Position numbers and translations under genes: made by a program
NCBI GenBank assembly: GCA_000991405.1
Contig: LBRL01000001.1
Coordinates: 379,200 to 443,199, forward strand
DNA from: Candidatus Nomurabacteria bacterium GW2011_GWD2_36_14
Lineage (GTDB): Bacteria > Patescibacteriota > Minisyncoccia > Phycocordibacterales > UBA9973
Direction: 5' to 3'
DNA length: 64,000 nt
Notes under the pieces: model-generated
The model's input: the letters and a program-made list of their open reading frames with translations, nothing else
Databases searched by the model: none
Told to the model about the DNA's origin: nothing
Part shown: positions 1 to 8,690 of the stretch, piece after piece
Position numbering within the stretch: position 1 is the first letter of the stretch
Layout of the letters: every line of letters starts with the position of its first letter

Positions 1-121
1 CAATCGAATTGTGTTATCAGCCATAACAGGATCCTCATGCCCTGAAAATGACGTATCTGAGTAAGGCAATGAAGGGTCTATCAATTCAGAACCCTGTGAT
101 TCGAAAGAGTTTGCAGGGTTT

Positions 122-1798
122 TTATATTACTTCATTCTGATAACACTTCTCACAATACACAATTTCAGGTCTATATGGAGCATATGAAGTTTCGAATTCA
201 TTTGTACACCCTTCTTTCATACACGACCGGTACCAGAGCTTATTGGGACCCCGAGATTTCATCCTTCTGTAATGTCTACAATCTGGGCAAAGTCTTGGAA
301 GAGGTACATTTAACTTTTTATAAAACAAAAATTCATTCGGTATTACCCTGTAATTCTTATTACAGGACTCACATATAAATACTTCTTTTGCAACATCAAA
401 ATCTATCTCCGAGAAACTTTCTGGCATTTGGTCTACTTTCTTGGTTTCTTTATTATAAGTCCCCCTTTCTGTATCTTCCCACCTAGAACCTTGTTTTATT
501 GCTTCATCTTTAGATAATGGAAATTGTTCATTTGCTGGGGTCTCGTTGTATCCAAAGCAAGATAAATGCTTGCCGAAGAATTGTCCATATTCTCCCTTAT
601 CTTTTAATTCACTTTTTATTTTACTTACAATTTCTTCATATTCTTCTTTCTCATATTGTTTATTTAAAATACAATAATTCTTTTTTCTCATTCCTACACA
701 CCCAAAACAATTGTTTGAATTAAAACAATACATTGAATACTCTACAAAAGAACAAGTCCAGCAAAGTGCATCACAAACCAGATTTGAATTATCAATACCT
801 GCGTTTATAGAGTTATATATACGTGAGACATTCCTACCTGCAGTATCGCAATCCATCGTGTCTTTGGCATTTCTCCATATATGTACTCCATACTTATTAT
901 CTTCTGCATCATAACAATGGAAACACGACTGACAATTCTTGGTATTCTTCATGTATGAACCAGTTGAATTAACCACTTGCATCACTTCCGCAAATTTACG
1001 AGGTTGCTTCTTTAGAAAATCTTCATACTTTTCTTTAAACATTTTAACCCCAGAATAAGTATCAAGCATTAAATCTTTCTTTATTTGTTCGTACTCTTCT
1101 TTGCTATATGACTCATTGAAAATATAATTACTTTTATTTCGTAAATTGATACAACCAATACAATCTGTGCAACCCTTACAATCAGTCAAAAAGTAACTCG
1201 TTGTACAATCATGACACCCTTTACTATATAAAAGTTTATAAGAATTGTAACAATCATCAGACTCATAAGTAAGCTCGCATTTTGAAGCAAAAGAAGTATC
1301 CACTACATCTCTGCACTCCTGAATCCAATATGAATGTATTGAATCTTCGTTGTTTGATGATTCTATAATGAAATAGCAATTCTTATTGTCGGCTGAAATA
1401 TTCGTATATTCACTGCCTGGACTACGCATATAAATAAGAGAAACCTTCGGAACAGATCTCCAAAGTTTTTCATATTGTTCAAAAAATGGAATATCTTTAT
1501 CATATTCAATTCCAAAATCTTCCCCTCCCCAATTGTCACTAAACCAACAATCGTAACACCAGACTTTAAAAGATTTATTGGGCGAATACATAGATACGAC
1601 ATCTTTTCCACATTTATCACAAGCTCTTTTATAGAAAGCTCTTTCATTACGAAAACTTAAACGTAATTGTGCTCTACAATCTGGACATGTATCAGGAGCA
1701 CATACTCTCATCTTCTCATAGAAAGAGAAATCATCCGGCTCAATAGTGAAGTCTTTCTTACAATTCTGACAATTCCTTTTTTCTTCTTTGTGTTCCAT
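122..1798 (-). CDS. Cysteine-rich multi-zinc-ribbon repeat protein (paralog A), function unknown
   Basis: 558 aa ORF with no signal peptide. Both termini carry a CxxC...CPDCR zinc-ribbon-like motif (F-x-I-x3-E-x2-F-Y-x-K-[ML]-x-V-P-x-P-x2-C-P-x-C-R). Internal repeated modules C-x-DC-x-GC-x-NLRNKSNYIFN-x-Y-x-KEEY and CFGCVGMRKKNYCILNKQYEKEEY. Clear paralog of the next ORF. Confidence 0.6.
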   Translation of the reverse strand: MEHKEEKRNCQNCKKDFTIEPDDFSFYEKMRVCAPDTCPDCRAQLRLSFRNERAFYKRACDKCGKDVVSMYSPNKSFKVWCYDCWFSDNWGGEDFGIEYDKDIPFFEQYEKLWRSVPKVSLIYMRSPGSEYTNISADNKNCYFIIESSNNEDSIHSYWIQECRDVVDTSFASKCELTYESDDCYNSYKLLYSKGCHDCTTSYFLTDCKGCTDCIGCINLRNKSNYIFNESYSKEEYEQIKKDLMLDTYSGVKMFKEKYEDFLKKQPRKFAEVMQVVNSTGSYMKNTKNCQSCFHCYDAEDNKYGVHIWRNAKDTMDCDTAGRNVSRIYNSINAGIDNSNLVCDALCWTCSFVEYSMYCFNSNNCFGCVGMRKKNYCILNKQYEKEEYEEIVSKIKSELKDKGEYGQFFGKHLSCFGYNETPANEQFPLSKDEAIKQGSRWEDTERGTYNKETKKVDQMPESFSEIDFDVAKEVFICESCNKNYRVIPNEFLFYKKLNVPLPRLCPDCRHYRRMKSRGPNKLWYRSCMKEGCTNEFETSYAPYRPEIVYCEKCYQNEVI

Positions 1799-1832
1799 TT
1801 TTTTACTAGTTACTAGAACCTAATCACTAATT

Positions 1833-3572
1833 CTATAATATCTCTCTCTTGTAACAATCATCACAGTATAAATTCCACCCATCCTTTGAATCATACGTCG
1901 TTATAATACTCTTTTCACACATATTACAAATACTACTATTCATTCTATAATCCCCCAAGTATTTATATCGATCTTTAATTCTTTTTATTTGATGAATATC
2001 AGGAAGAGGAATACTATGAATTCTATAAAATTCTAACTCCGATTCTGTAATGCGGAATGGTTTTCCTGTTTCTTTACACACAAGTGCTTTGGTAAGGATA
2101 TCATCTTCTACGTCATCAATATTGTCAGGAATATCTTCTGTTTTTACTAAATCCATACCCACTGCATTTGATTCAGTCTCTATTTGCCAAAGTCCGCCAA
2201 TTTTCTCTACTTCTTCTTTGCTCAACGGAAATACAAAATCAGAAGTTGATCCATTGTATGCATAAGTACTAAAAGGTAACGAGAAAAAATCTCCGTATTC
2301 TCCCTTTCGTAATAATGATGATTTAATTTTATCTAATTCTTTATAATATTCTTCCTTTTCATATTGACGATTAAAAATACAGTAATTCTTATTGTCTAAA
2401 CCAACACAAGCAAAACAATTATTTATATTCCTACAATTAATCAAAAGCTCTGATTCAGTAATAAACTTCGAAGCAAAGGAGAACTTCACGTTTGATGACT
2501 TGGACCCGACCGCAATGGTACTATAAAGTCTTTCAGATCCACCAGAAACTGCAGCGTCCATGGAATCATGATTTGCAATGACATTATCACAGTGTAAAAC
2601 GTGTGTTGATTTTACAGTGTCAAAAACATCATGACAATCTTTTGAATCTGAAATATTTGTTCCAGACACATTATTTACTCGCTCATGTCTCTCTGCTCTA
2701 ACTGGTTGTAATTTCACAAATTTCCAAAATTCTTCACTAATCTCTTTTATGGACTTTCTACTTTTTAAGTTTATATCTGAGATCTGTTTTCGATACTCTT
2801 CTTTGGTATATTGAACATTAAATATACAATTACTTTTATTTCTAAGATTCACACAACCAAAACAGTCAGTACAATTGTTGCAATCATACAGAAAGTTAGA
2901 GTCTATGCAGTTATCTGAGAAATATAAATATTTAGAGTTATAACATTTCTCACAAGAGACTATCTCATATGAATTCTCTCCAAAATGAACGAGTAACGAA
3001 TCCATAACATTACGAGAATCGTTCACAGTATTGCAATACCAAAGATTCTCTGAATTCCACCCTCCACTTACATAATACCCATTCTTTAAATTTCTACCAT
3101 TTATAGAATACTCACTGTTTATACTAGATGGATCTCGAATAATAGCAGGTTGAGGAACTCTCAATCTCAAATCCCAAAATTGATCTAAAAAAGTTTTTGA
3201 TTCATCATAAAAAGTTCCATAAGTATTTGAGTCAAAATTTTTAATATAACTATCTAAATCATAAACTATTAGTGGAGAAACTGGTGGTACAAAAGAAATT
3301 ATTTTACCCTCTTTTCCGGGAGCATTATTGTCTCTTTTGTATAAATTTATTGAGTTCACGAAAGCATAACGATTCATCCTCCTACATGTCGGACAATAGT
3401 TCGGTGTAGGTACCCGAAGCATTTTCAGGAATTCAATATCTTCCTTAGTTATATCAAATTCCCCTTCACAGTACTTGTGCTCTCCTTGCCACTTACATAC
3501 ACGCTTATGAGGCACCAAACTTTCAAATATCTTATCCAGAAGTGCATCAAATTGTGGGGTTTTTGTTTCCAT
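1833..3572 (-). CDS. Cysteine-rich multi-zinc-ribbon repeat protein (paralog B), function unknown
   Basis: 579 aa. Shares with 122..1798 the N-terminal F-x-I-x3-E-x2-F-[LY]-K-M-x-V-P-x-P-x2-CP-x-CR motif and the modules CNNCTDCFGCVNLRNKSNCIFNVQYTKEEY and CFACVGLDNKNYCIFNRQYEKEEY. The C-terminal ribbon is degenerate. Confidence 0.6.
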   Translation of the reverse strand: METKTPQFDALLDKIFESLVPHKRVCKWQGEHKYCEGEFDITKEDIEFLKMLRVPTPNYCPTCRRMNRYAFVNSINLYKRDNNAPGKEGKIISFVPPVSPLIVYDLDSYIKNFDSNTYGTFYDESKTFLDQFWDLRLRVPQPAIIRDPSSINSEYSINGRNLKNGYYVSGGWNSENLWYCNTVNDSRNVMDSLLVHFGENSYEIVSCEKCYNSKYLYFSDNCIDSNFLYDCNNCTDCFGCVNLRNKSNCIFNVQYTKEEYRKQISDINLKSRKSIKEISEEFWKFVKLQPVRAERHERVNNVSGTNISDSKDCHDVFDTVKSTHVLHCDNVIANHDSMDAAVSGGSERLYSTIAVGSKSSNVKFSFASKFITESELLINCRNINNCFACVGLDNKNYCIFNRQYEKEEYYKELDKIKSSLLRKGEYGDFFSLPFSTYAYNGSTSDFVFPLSKEEVEKIGGLWQIETESNAVGMDLVKTEDIPDNIDDVEDDILTKALVCKETGKPFRITESELEFYRIHSIPLPDIHQIKRIKDRYKYLGDYRMNSSICNMCEKSIITTYDSKDGWNLYCDDCYKREIL

Positions 3573-3617
3573 TGTTTTAATCTAGCCACTAGAACCTAGT
3601 TACTAGAAACTAATCTT

Positions 3618-5333
3618 CTACATCCTATCTGGTACTTCTATACCCAGAAGCCATAGGCCATTCTTCATAGTTTGTACAAATGCTTTTATAAGATTTAAGT
3701 GATAAGCCATATATTTGTTTTCATCTACAAGTATTTGAGTATTCCCATAGAAAGTATTGAAACTACTTGCAAGCTCTATCAGATAAGTCGCTATGTGATG
3801 AGGCTGTAATGTCTCGTATGAATACTTCACAATCTCATGGAATTGATACAACATTTTTTCTAAATCTGTAATCTCTGTTGGTATTTCATCCTTACCTTCA
3901 GTATTTAAATCTTTTGCTTTATTTAAGATAGAATTCGCACGCACAGAAGTATATTGCAAATATGGCCCTGAATCTCCTTCAAAAGAAATAGATTTCTCTG
4001 AATCATATATAATGTCACTACCTAAAGATGATCTAAGTATTGAATATTTCAGAGCTGAAACACCTACAATTTCAGAAATTCGGGTTTTTTCTTCTTCGGA
4101 AATTTTACTGTCCTTCATTTTCTCTTTAACAATATCCATTGAATCTCTCAATAGAGATTCGCCCGTAATTACATTTCCTTTCCTCGAAGACATTTTACCA
4201 TCAGCAAAACGCATCATGCCGTGTGTCACATGCTTCATTTTTGATTCTAAATCAGGATGAATAAGAGATATCGCCTTCTGAACCACTTTCATATACTCTC
4301 CCTGCTCTATGGCTGTTGTTGTAATTGATATATCTGGATTCTCTTTCTCAAACTTTGTAAGTGCGAGACCTATCTCTTTTGTTTCATAAGTAGGTAAACC
4401 TTGTGAATTTATAAATACACGAGTATGAAGTTTCTTGTCATAATTTTCCCCATGGAATACTATAGCACCATCTGATTCACTAAAAACTTTTGGAGCATTT
4501 GCTCGGACAATCTCCTCTCCAATAGGAGCCATCTCACTTTCAAAAAAGTAATACTCAAATTTTGTTCCTAAAATTTTATATATCTCCTCAAATGCATCAA
4601 GGGTTTCTTTTCTCCCCCAATCATAAATTTCATTTATCTTTGGATCACTTTTATCGTAAATCTTTTTATTTATCTCATCAATTTCTTTCTTAGCTTCTAT
4701 CCCCTTTGGGTGTAAAGATTCATATAATGTAGCTCCTAGAGAGTAGCATTCGCCTATCCAAAGAGCATTTTTACCTTCCATTTTTTCTCCAGAGTGTATT
4801 ATCCCCCAAATAGCCTTCGCTACATGTGGACCAACATCACCCTGATAATTTGCTCTTATAGTTTTTGCACCAGAAAATTCTACAACTCTAGAAATTGATT
4901 CACCAATTGCATTTGCCATTAAGTGACCTATGTGAAAAGGTTTAAAAGGATTTGGATCAGTGTATTCAACCATCACCTTCTTCCCTGATAGTAAGCTATT
5001 CTTCCCCCATTCCTCTCCTTTATTTAAAATTTCTTTTACACTCTCAGTGAAAAATTCTCGTGATAAATAGAAATTTATAAATCCTGGGCCAGCTACTTCT
5101 ATCTTTTCTATTCCACCGAAGCCTTGCTTCGGTAAACCCTTTAATTCTAAGACTATTTTTTCAGCTAATTCTTTTGGATTAATTTTCTGTTGTTTAGCAC
5201 ATACCATAGCTACGTTCGCAGAATAATCCCCATTCTTAAAATCAGTTGGATGTTCAACAGAAAAAGAAACATCTTCATGAATTCCAAGATTTTTCAAAGC
5301 TTCTTTTATTTGTTTTTGTATTTTATCTTTCAT
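3618..5333 (-). CDS. argS: Arginine--tRNA ligase
   Basis: 571 aa with the class I HIGH motif (PFHIGHLMANAIGESISR) and a KMSK-like KMSSRKG. Length and architecture are typical of ArgRS. Confidence 0.9.
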   Translation of the reverse strand: MKDKIQKQIKEALKNLGIHEDVSFSVEHPTDFKNGDYSANVAMVCAKQQKINPKELAEKIVLELKGLPKQGFGGIEKIEVAGPGFINFYLSREFFTESVKEILNKGEEWGKNSLLSGKKVMVEYTDPNPFKPFHIGHLMANAIGESISRVVEFSGAKTIRANYQGDVGPHVAKAIWGIIHSGEKMEGKNALWIGECYSLGATLYESLHPKGIEAKKEIDEINKKIYDKSDPKINEIYDWGRKETLDAFEEIYKILGTKFEYYFFESEMAPIGEEIVRANAPKVFSESDGAIVFHGENYDKKLHTRVFINSQGLPTYETKEIGLALTKFEKENPDISITTTAIEQGEYMKVVQKAISLIHPDLESKMKHVTHGMMRFADGKMSSRKGNVITGESLLRDSMDIVKEKMKDSKISEEEKTRISEIVGVSALKYSILRSSLGSDIIYDSEKSISFEGDSGPYLQYTSVRANSILNKAKDLNTEGKDEIPTEITDLEKMLYQFHEIVKYSYETLQPHHIATYLIELASSFNTFYGNTQILVDENKYMAYHLNLIKAFVQTMKNGLWLLGIEVPDRM

Positions 5334-5352
5334 TTACTTTATAACTTTCTAC

Positions 5353-5775
5353 TTACTTCCTTCCAGTTGATCCAAAAGCCCCTTCCCCTCTATCTGACTC
5401 ACTCAATGTATCAGTTTCCTCCAACTCTGCAATAACCACTGGCACAATAACTAGTTGCGACACTTTGTCCCCCTCTTCTACAGTATATGGCTCACTTCCA
5501 AGATTTACAAGGTGAGTATTGTATTCACCTCTATATCCAGCATCAAACACTCCTCCCATATGTATCAACCCAGCCTTAGAAATACTAGACTTATCCATCA
5601 CAATTGCCGCATTCCCAACTGGGAACTCCATAGCAAAACCATGGAAGAATCTATAATGCTCCATGGGCTTGATGGTCACAGTCTCCATAGCATACAAGTC
5701 CATCCCCACATCCCCTGGGTGAGCATACTTGGGCAACTTGGCATTCTCTTTTAATTTTTTAATTTTAATATGCAT
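5353..5775 (-). CDS. dut: dUTP diphosphatase (dUTPase family; possibly dCTP/dUTP)
   Basis: 140 aa with dUTPase motifs: GVFDAGYRGEY (motif III) and C-terminal RGEGAFGSTGRK (motif V). Motif II is KSS instead of RSG. Confidence 0.8.
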   Translation of the reverse strand: MHIKIKKLKENAKLPKYAHPGDVGMDLYAMETVTIKPMEHYRFFHGFAMEFPVGNAAIVMDKSSISKAGLIHMGGVFDAGYRGEYNTHLVNLGSEPYTVEEGDKVSQLVIVPVVIAELEETDTLSESDRGEGAFGSTGRK

Positions 5776-5781
5776 ACTTTG

Positions 5782-6033
5782 TTAACACTTATAACCATTA
5801 CTAATCATATCATCAATTCCTCCACCATTTTTTACATTTTTAAATCCATTTTGCTCCATCATAGACTTGGCTATCGTTGCTCTGCTTCCTGATTCACAAT
5901 ATAAAATTATTTCTTCATCTTTTGGAATTTCAGGAAACTTGCCATACATCATATCCATAATATCGAAAAGTTCTGCATCCTTTATATGCCCATCGTCATA
6001 CTCTTCTTTTGTCCTTACATCTATAATTCTCAT
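5782..6033 (-). CDS. Single-domain rhodanese-like sulfurtransferase
   Basis: 83 aa. The active-site loop YCESGSRA carries the Cys. Typical small rhodanese. Confidence 0.65.
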   Translation of the reverse strand: MRIIDVRTKEEYDDGHIKDAELFDIMDMMYGKFPEIPKDEEIILYCESGSRATIAKSMMEQNGFKNVKNGGGIDDMISNGYKC

Positions 6034-6034
6034 A

Positions 6035-6739
6035 TTATTTTAATACCCTCCTTACCTCTTTATAAACCATATCATGTATTTGCTCACGAGAAAGTATTTC
6101 ACCTTTCTCTGAGCAACTTATTTTACTCCAGTTCGGTTGAGTCTTCGCAAGCCAGAGTGCGCTCTTGATAGAATTCTCCATAAACTTCTCGTCAGCTTCA
6201 TGTACATCTTTGTTCTTCTTTAGATACTTTCTCTTCATCTGACTACTTTCTCTATCATTGAGAAGCTTCATTACAATCTGTATTGGTAAACTTAAATACA
6301 AAGTTAGATCAGGCTTAGGAATACCAAATTCTTCATACTCCATCTGATTGAGCCACTTTATGAAATTATTTCGCTTTCTCGTATCACTTATTTTGCCACC
6401 TTGATGAATCTGATTAGCAGAAACGTAACGATTGGCTACTACTATGTATCCTTCTTTGAGCCACTTTTCCATTTCAGTTTTTGACTGCCATCTGTCTGCG
6501 GCAAAAAGTACGGAAGCAATCTTCGGATGAACATTTATGAAGTTATAGTATTGCTCAGAAAGACAATGCCCAACAAAAGCTCCAAAGAAATTCTTGTAAT
6601 ACTCAGGAAAGTCCACAACCTTTACTTTATATCCGTCTTTTTTAAGTCTGTCAGTGAGATAATTTACTTGTGTAGCCTTTCCACTTCCATCTGTCCCGTC
6701 TATTACGATAAGCTTGCCTTTAGTTTTTTGTTTTTTCAT
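6035..6739 (-). CDS. tmk: Thymidylate (dNMP) kinase family protein
   Basis: P-loop VIDGTDGSGKATQ, a DRY-like motif NRYVSANQIHQGG (E. coli DRHDLSTQAYQGG) and the LID-adjacent PDLTLYLSL (E. coli PDLTLYLDV). It has a C-terminal extension compared with E. coli Tmk. Confidence 0.75.
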   Translation of the reverse strand: MKKQKTKGKLIVIDGTDGSGKATQVNYLTDRLKKDGYKVKVVDFPEYYKNFFGAFVGHCLSEQYYNFINVHPKIASVLFAADRWQSKTEMEKWLKEGYIVVANRYVSANQIHQGGKISDTRKRNNFIKWLNQMEYEEFGIPKPDLTLYLSLPIQIVMKLLNDRESSQMKRKYLKKNKDVHEADEKFMENSIKSALWLAKTQPNWSKISCSEKGEILSREQIHDMVYKEVRRVLK

Positions 6740-6803
6740 AAGATAACCTCAATTATACCTAAAAATTACCCTATATCAAAATCCATTAAATATATACTAA
6801 TTT

Positions 6804-6845
6804 AAAATGACACAATCTCTGCTATAGCAGAGATTGTGTCATTTT
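6804..6845. promoter_or_regulatory. Perfect 19-bp-arm palindrome (AAAATGACACAATCTCTGC-TATA-GCAGAGATTGTGTCATTTT) in the divergent tmk / PaaX-like intergenic region; candidate operator
   Basis: Read directly from the sequence. It lies between divergently transcribed genes, so it is not needed as a terminator. Confidence 0.5.
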
Positions 6846-6863
6846 AATATTTAAGTTATAATT

Positions 6864-7346
6864 ATGTATATGTCTATCGTAAGTGAAATTTTAGAAGAAC
6901 TTTGGAATACAGAACTCAACTATAAGGGAGTTAGGGTTAATCTTTTTGGTATTCCCAGATTTAGTAAATATCCACAAAGAAGTATCCGAACAACAATGGA
7001 CCGATTAAAAAAGAAAGGGATTATAGAAAAAGAGTTGGCTGGAATAGTGCTTTCTAAATACGGGAAAGAATATGTGAAAAGAAAATATGATTCACTTAAG
7101 CAATTTGAAAATCCGGGAAATCTGTCTAAGGATAGAACTTTACTTGTGATGTTTGATATACCGACAGAGAAGAAATCTCATAGAGAATGGCTACGCTGGC
7201 ATTTGAAAAGGTTTAATTATGTTATGGTTCAGAAAAGCGCATGGGTAGGACCCTACCCTCTCCCAAAGGGATTCAATGAATACTTAAAAAGAATAAAACT
7301 AGATAAATGCATAAAAACTTTTAAATTAGATAAACCTTATAAGTAA
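6864..7346 (+). CDS. PaaX-like transcriptional regulator (wHTH plus Cas2-like PaaX effector domain)
   Basis: The N-terminal QRSIRTTMDRLKKKGIIEKE resembles the PaaX wHTH recognition helix and wing (TVRTALSRLVRDGWLE). The second half, LLVMFDIPTEKKSHREWLRWHLKRFNYVMVQKSAWVGPYP, matches the PaaX core motif (sVPE..R..Rd.lR..L.w.GFG.l...vW..P.P). It also resembles the Cas2 beta1-alpha1-beta2 pattern. Confidence 0.5.
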   Translation: MYMSIVSEILEELWNTELNYKGVRVNLFGIPRFSKYPQRSIRTTMDRLKKKGIIEKELAGIVLSKYGKEYVKRKYDSLKQFENPGNLSKDRTLLVMFDIPTEKKSHREWLRWHLKRFNYVMVQKSAWVGPYPLPKGFNEYLKRIKLDKCIKTFKLDKPYK

Positions 7347-7363
7347 ACTACATGATCTTAACT

Positions 7364-7417
7364 AAAACAAAATCTATACAAATTCTGCCATGGCAGAATT
7401 TGTATAGATTTTGTTTT
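7364..7417. terminator. Perfect 25-bp-arm palindrome / bidirectional intrinsic terminator between convergent genes
   Basis: AAAACAAAATCTATACAAATTCTGCC-ATGG-CAGAATTTGTATAGATTTTGTTTT is flanked by A and T runs. It lies between the PaaX-like gene (+) and a NUDIX gene (-). Confidence 0.6.
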
Positions 7418-7444
7418 GAATTTTTGAATTTAAATTAGTTACTT

Positions 7445-7876
7445 TTATTCTTTGTCGTAAAAGTTTTTGCCAGTTTTGTATGAATCAATAATTAATTCAC
7501 TTGGATAAAAAAGAGGTGAAGGTAGATTGTCTAATGAGTACCAATTCCACTCTCCTATTTTCTCATGATCATATGTTTTTGGTTCATTCTCTTTCCAATC
7601 AGCAAAAAGTCCGATCAAAATATCTTGACGATTTTCATGTCTACAATATGTAGAAGTAGAAAGATATTTAATATTTTCAATTTTAATTCCTGATTCTTCT
7701 AATGTTTCCCTTGTAGCACAATCTACAAAAGATTCTTGAAACTCTAAGTGCCCTCCTGGCATCGAGTACTCTCCCTGACCATGACTTCCCTTTCTTTTAC
7801 CAAGAAGAATCTTGCCTTCTTTCCAGATCATTACACCTACACATGGTTTTAATTTATGTCTTTCTCCTTCTACCAT
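7445..7876 (-). CDS. NUDIX hydrolase
   Basis: Nudix box GGHLEFQESFVDCATRETLEESGI (GX5EX7REUXEEXGU). Confidence 0.8.
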   Translation of the reverse strand: MVEGERHKLKPCVGVMIWKEGKILLGKRKGSHGQGEYSMPGGHLEFQESFVDCATRETLEESGIKIENIKYLSTSTYCRHENRQDILIGLFADWKENEPKTYDHEKIGEWNWYSLDNLPSPLFYPSELIIDSYKTGKNFYDKE

Positions 7877-7878
7877 AA

Positions 7879-8205
7879 TTAATTATGTGTCTCGTTCATT
7901 TTGTTAAAATCCCAATTTCTTTCTTTGTTTGATTCAATTTTTTTAAGAACTTCCTTTTCAATATCAATACCAAAAATTCCAGCTAAATGTAAAATTCTTT
8001 GTATTGCATCACCAAGCTCTTCTTTGAAACCATCCTTGCCATCAATATTTTTATGCCTATATGCCTCATAAGCCTCAGAGACTTCTGAGTGTATTAAGGC
8101 AATTTTTTCTCCAACATTTATTTCTTCTGGTTTTGTCCCAAAACCTTTTTCTTTAGCTTGTTCTAGTATTAATGAAGTTAGCTCTCTTAAATTTAAATTT
8201 TCCAT
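7879..8205 (-). CDS. MazG-like all-alpha NTP pyrophosphohydrolase (DCTPP1-like)
   Basis: 108 aa. EVSEAYEA...EELGDAIQRILHLAGIFGIDIEKEVLKKIESNKER matches the MazG/HisE-type EExxE/D metal-binding helices. Confidence 0.6.
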   Translation of the reverse strand: MENLNLRELTSLILEQAKEKGFGTKPEEINVGEKIALIHSEVSEAYEAYRHKNIDGKDGFKEELGDAIQRILHLAGIFGIDIEKEVLKKIESNKERNWDFNKMNETHN

Positions 8206-8207
8206 AA

Positions 8208-8687
8208 TTATTTTTCTCCTAATTCTTTTAATGCTTCTAGCGCATAAAATTTTACATTTGGAATAATTTCAATTTTATTTAAATCATCTGATGTCATCCA
8301 TTTCATCTCAACCCCTTTCTCATGTTCTAAGATTGATTCAGAAATTAAATCTGTCTTTGATTTTGCAAAATAAACAAAAACAACGTGTTCATGTTTATCG
8401 TTAACTGGATGTCTACCTAAGTATCTAGGTGGAATCAAATATTTATAATTCCTATTTTTATCATCCCCATTTAATGGACCATTTGATTCACCAATTATCT
8501 CTATATCAAGACCAACTTCTTCTTTTACTTCACGGATTGCTGCTTCAATTGGGTCCTCATCTAATTCAATATGACCACCAACAGAAAGCCAAAAACCAAG
8601 CTTATCATGAATACGTAAAAGAACCTTGTTTTTATACACAATAAAAACTTCTACGCAAAAATCAATTTTTTCATTAATATGGGGCAT
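8208..8687 (-). CDS. NUDIX hydrolase
   Basis: Nudix box GGHIELDEDPIEAAIREVKEEVGL. Confidence 0.8.
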   Translation of the reverse strand: MPHINEKIDFCVEVFIVYKNKVLLRIHDKLGFWLSVGGHIELDEDPIEAAIREVKEEVGLDIEIIGESNGPLNGDDKNRNYKYLIPPRYLGRHPVNDKHEHVVFVYFAKSKTDLISESILEHEKGVEMKWMTSDDLNKIEIIPNVKFYALEALKELGEK

Positions 8688-8690
8688 ATT

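Noticed and set aside
5782-6033. Rhodanese as evidence of thio-nucleotide modification
   Set aside because: Single-domain rhodaneses are ubiquitous, and co-location alone is insufficient. It is mentioned only as cluster context.
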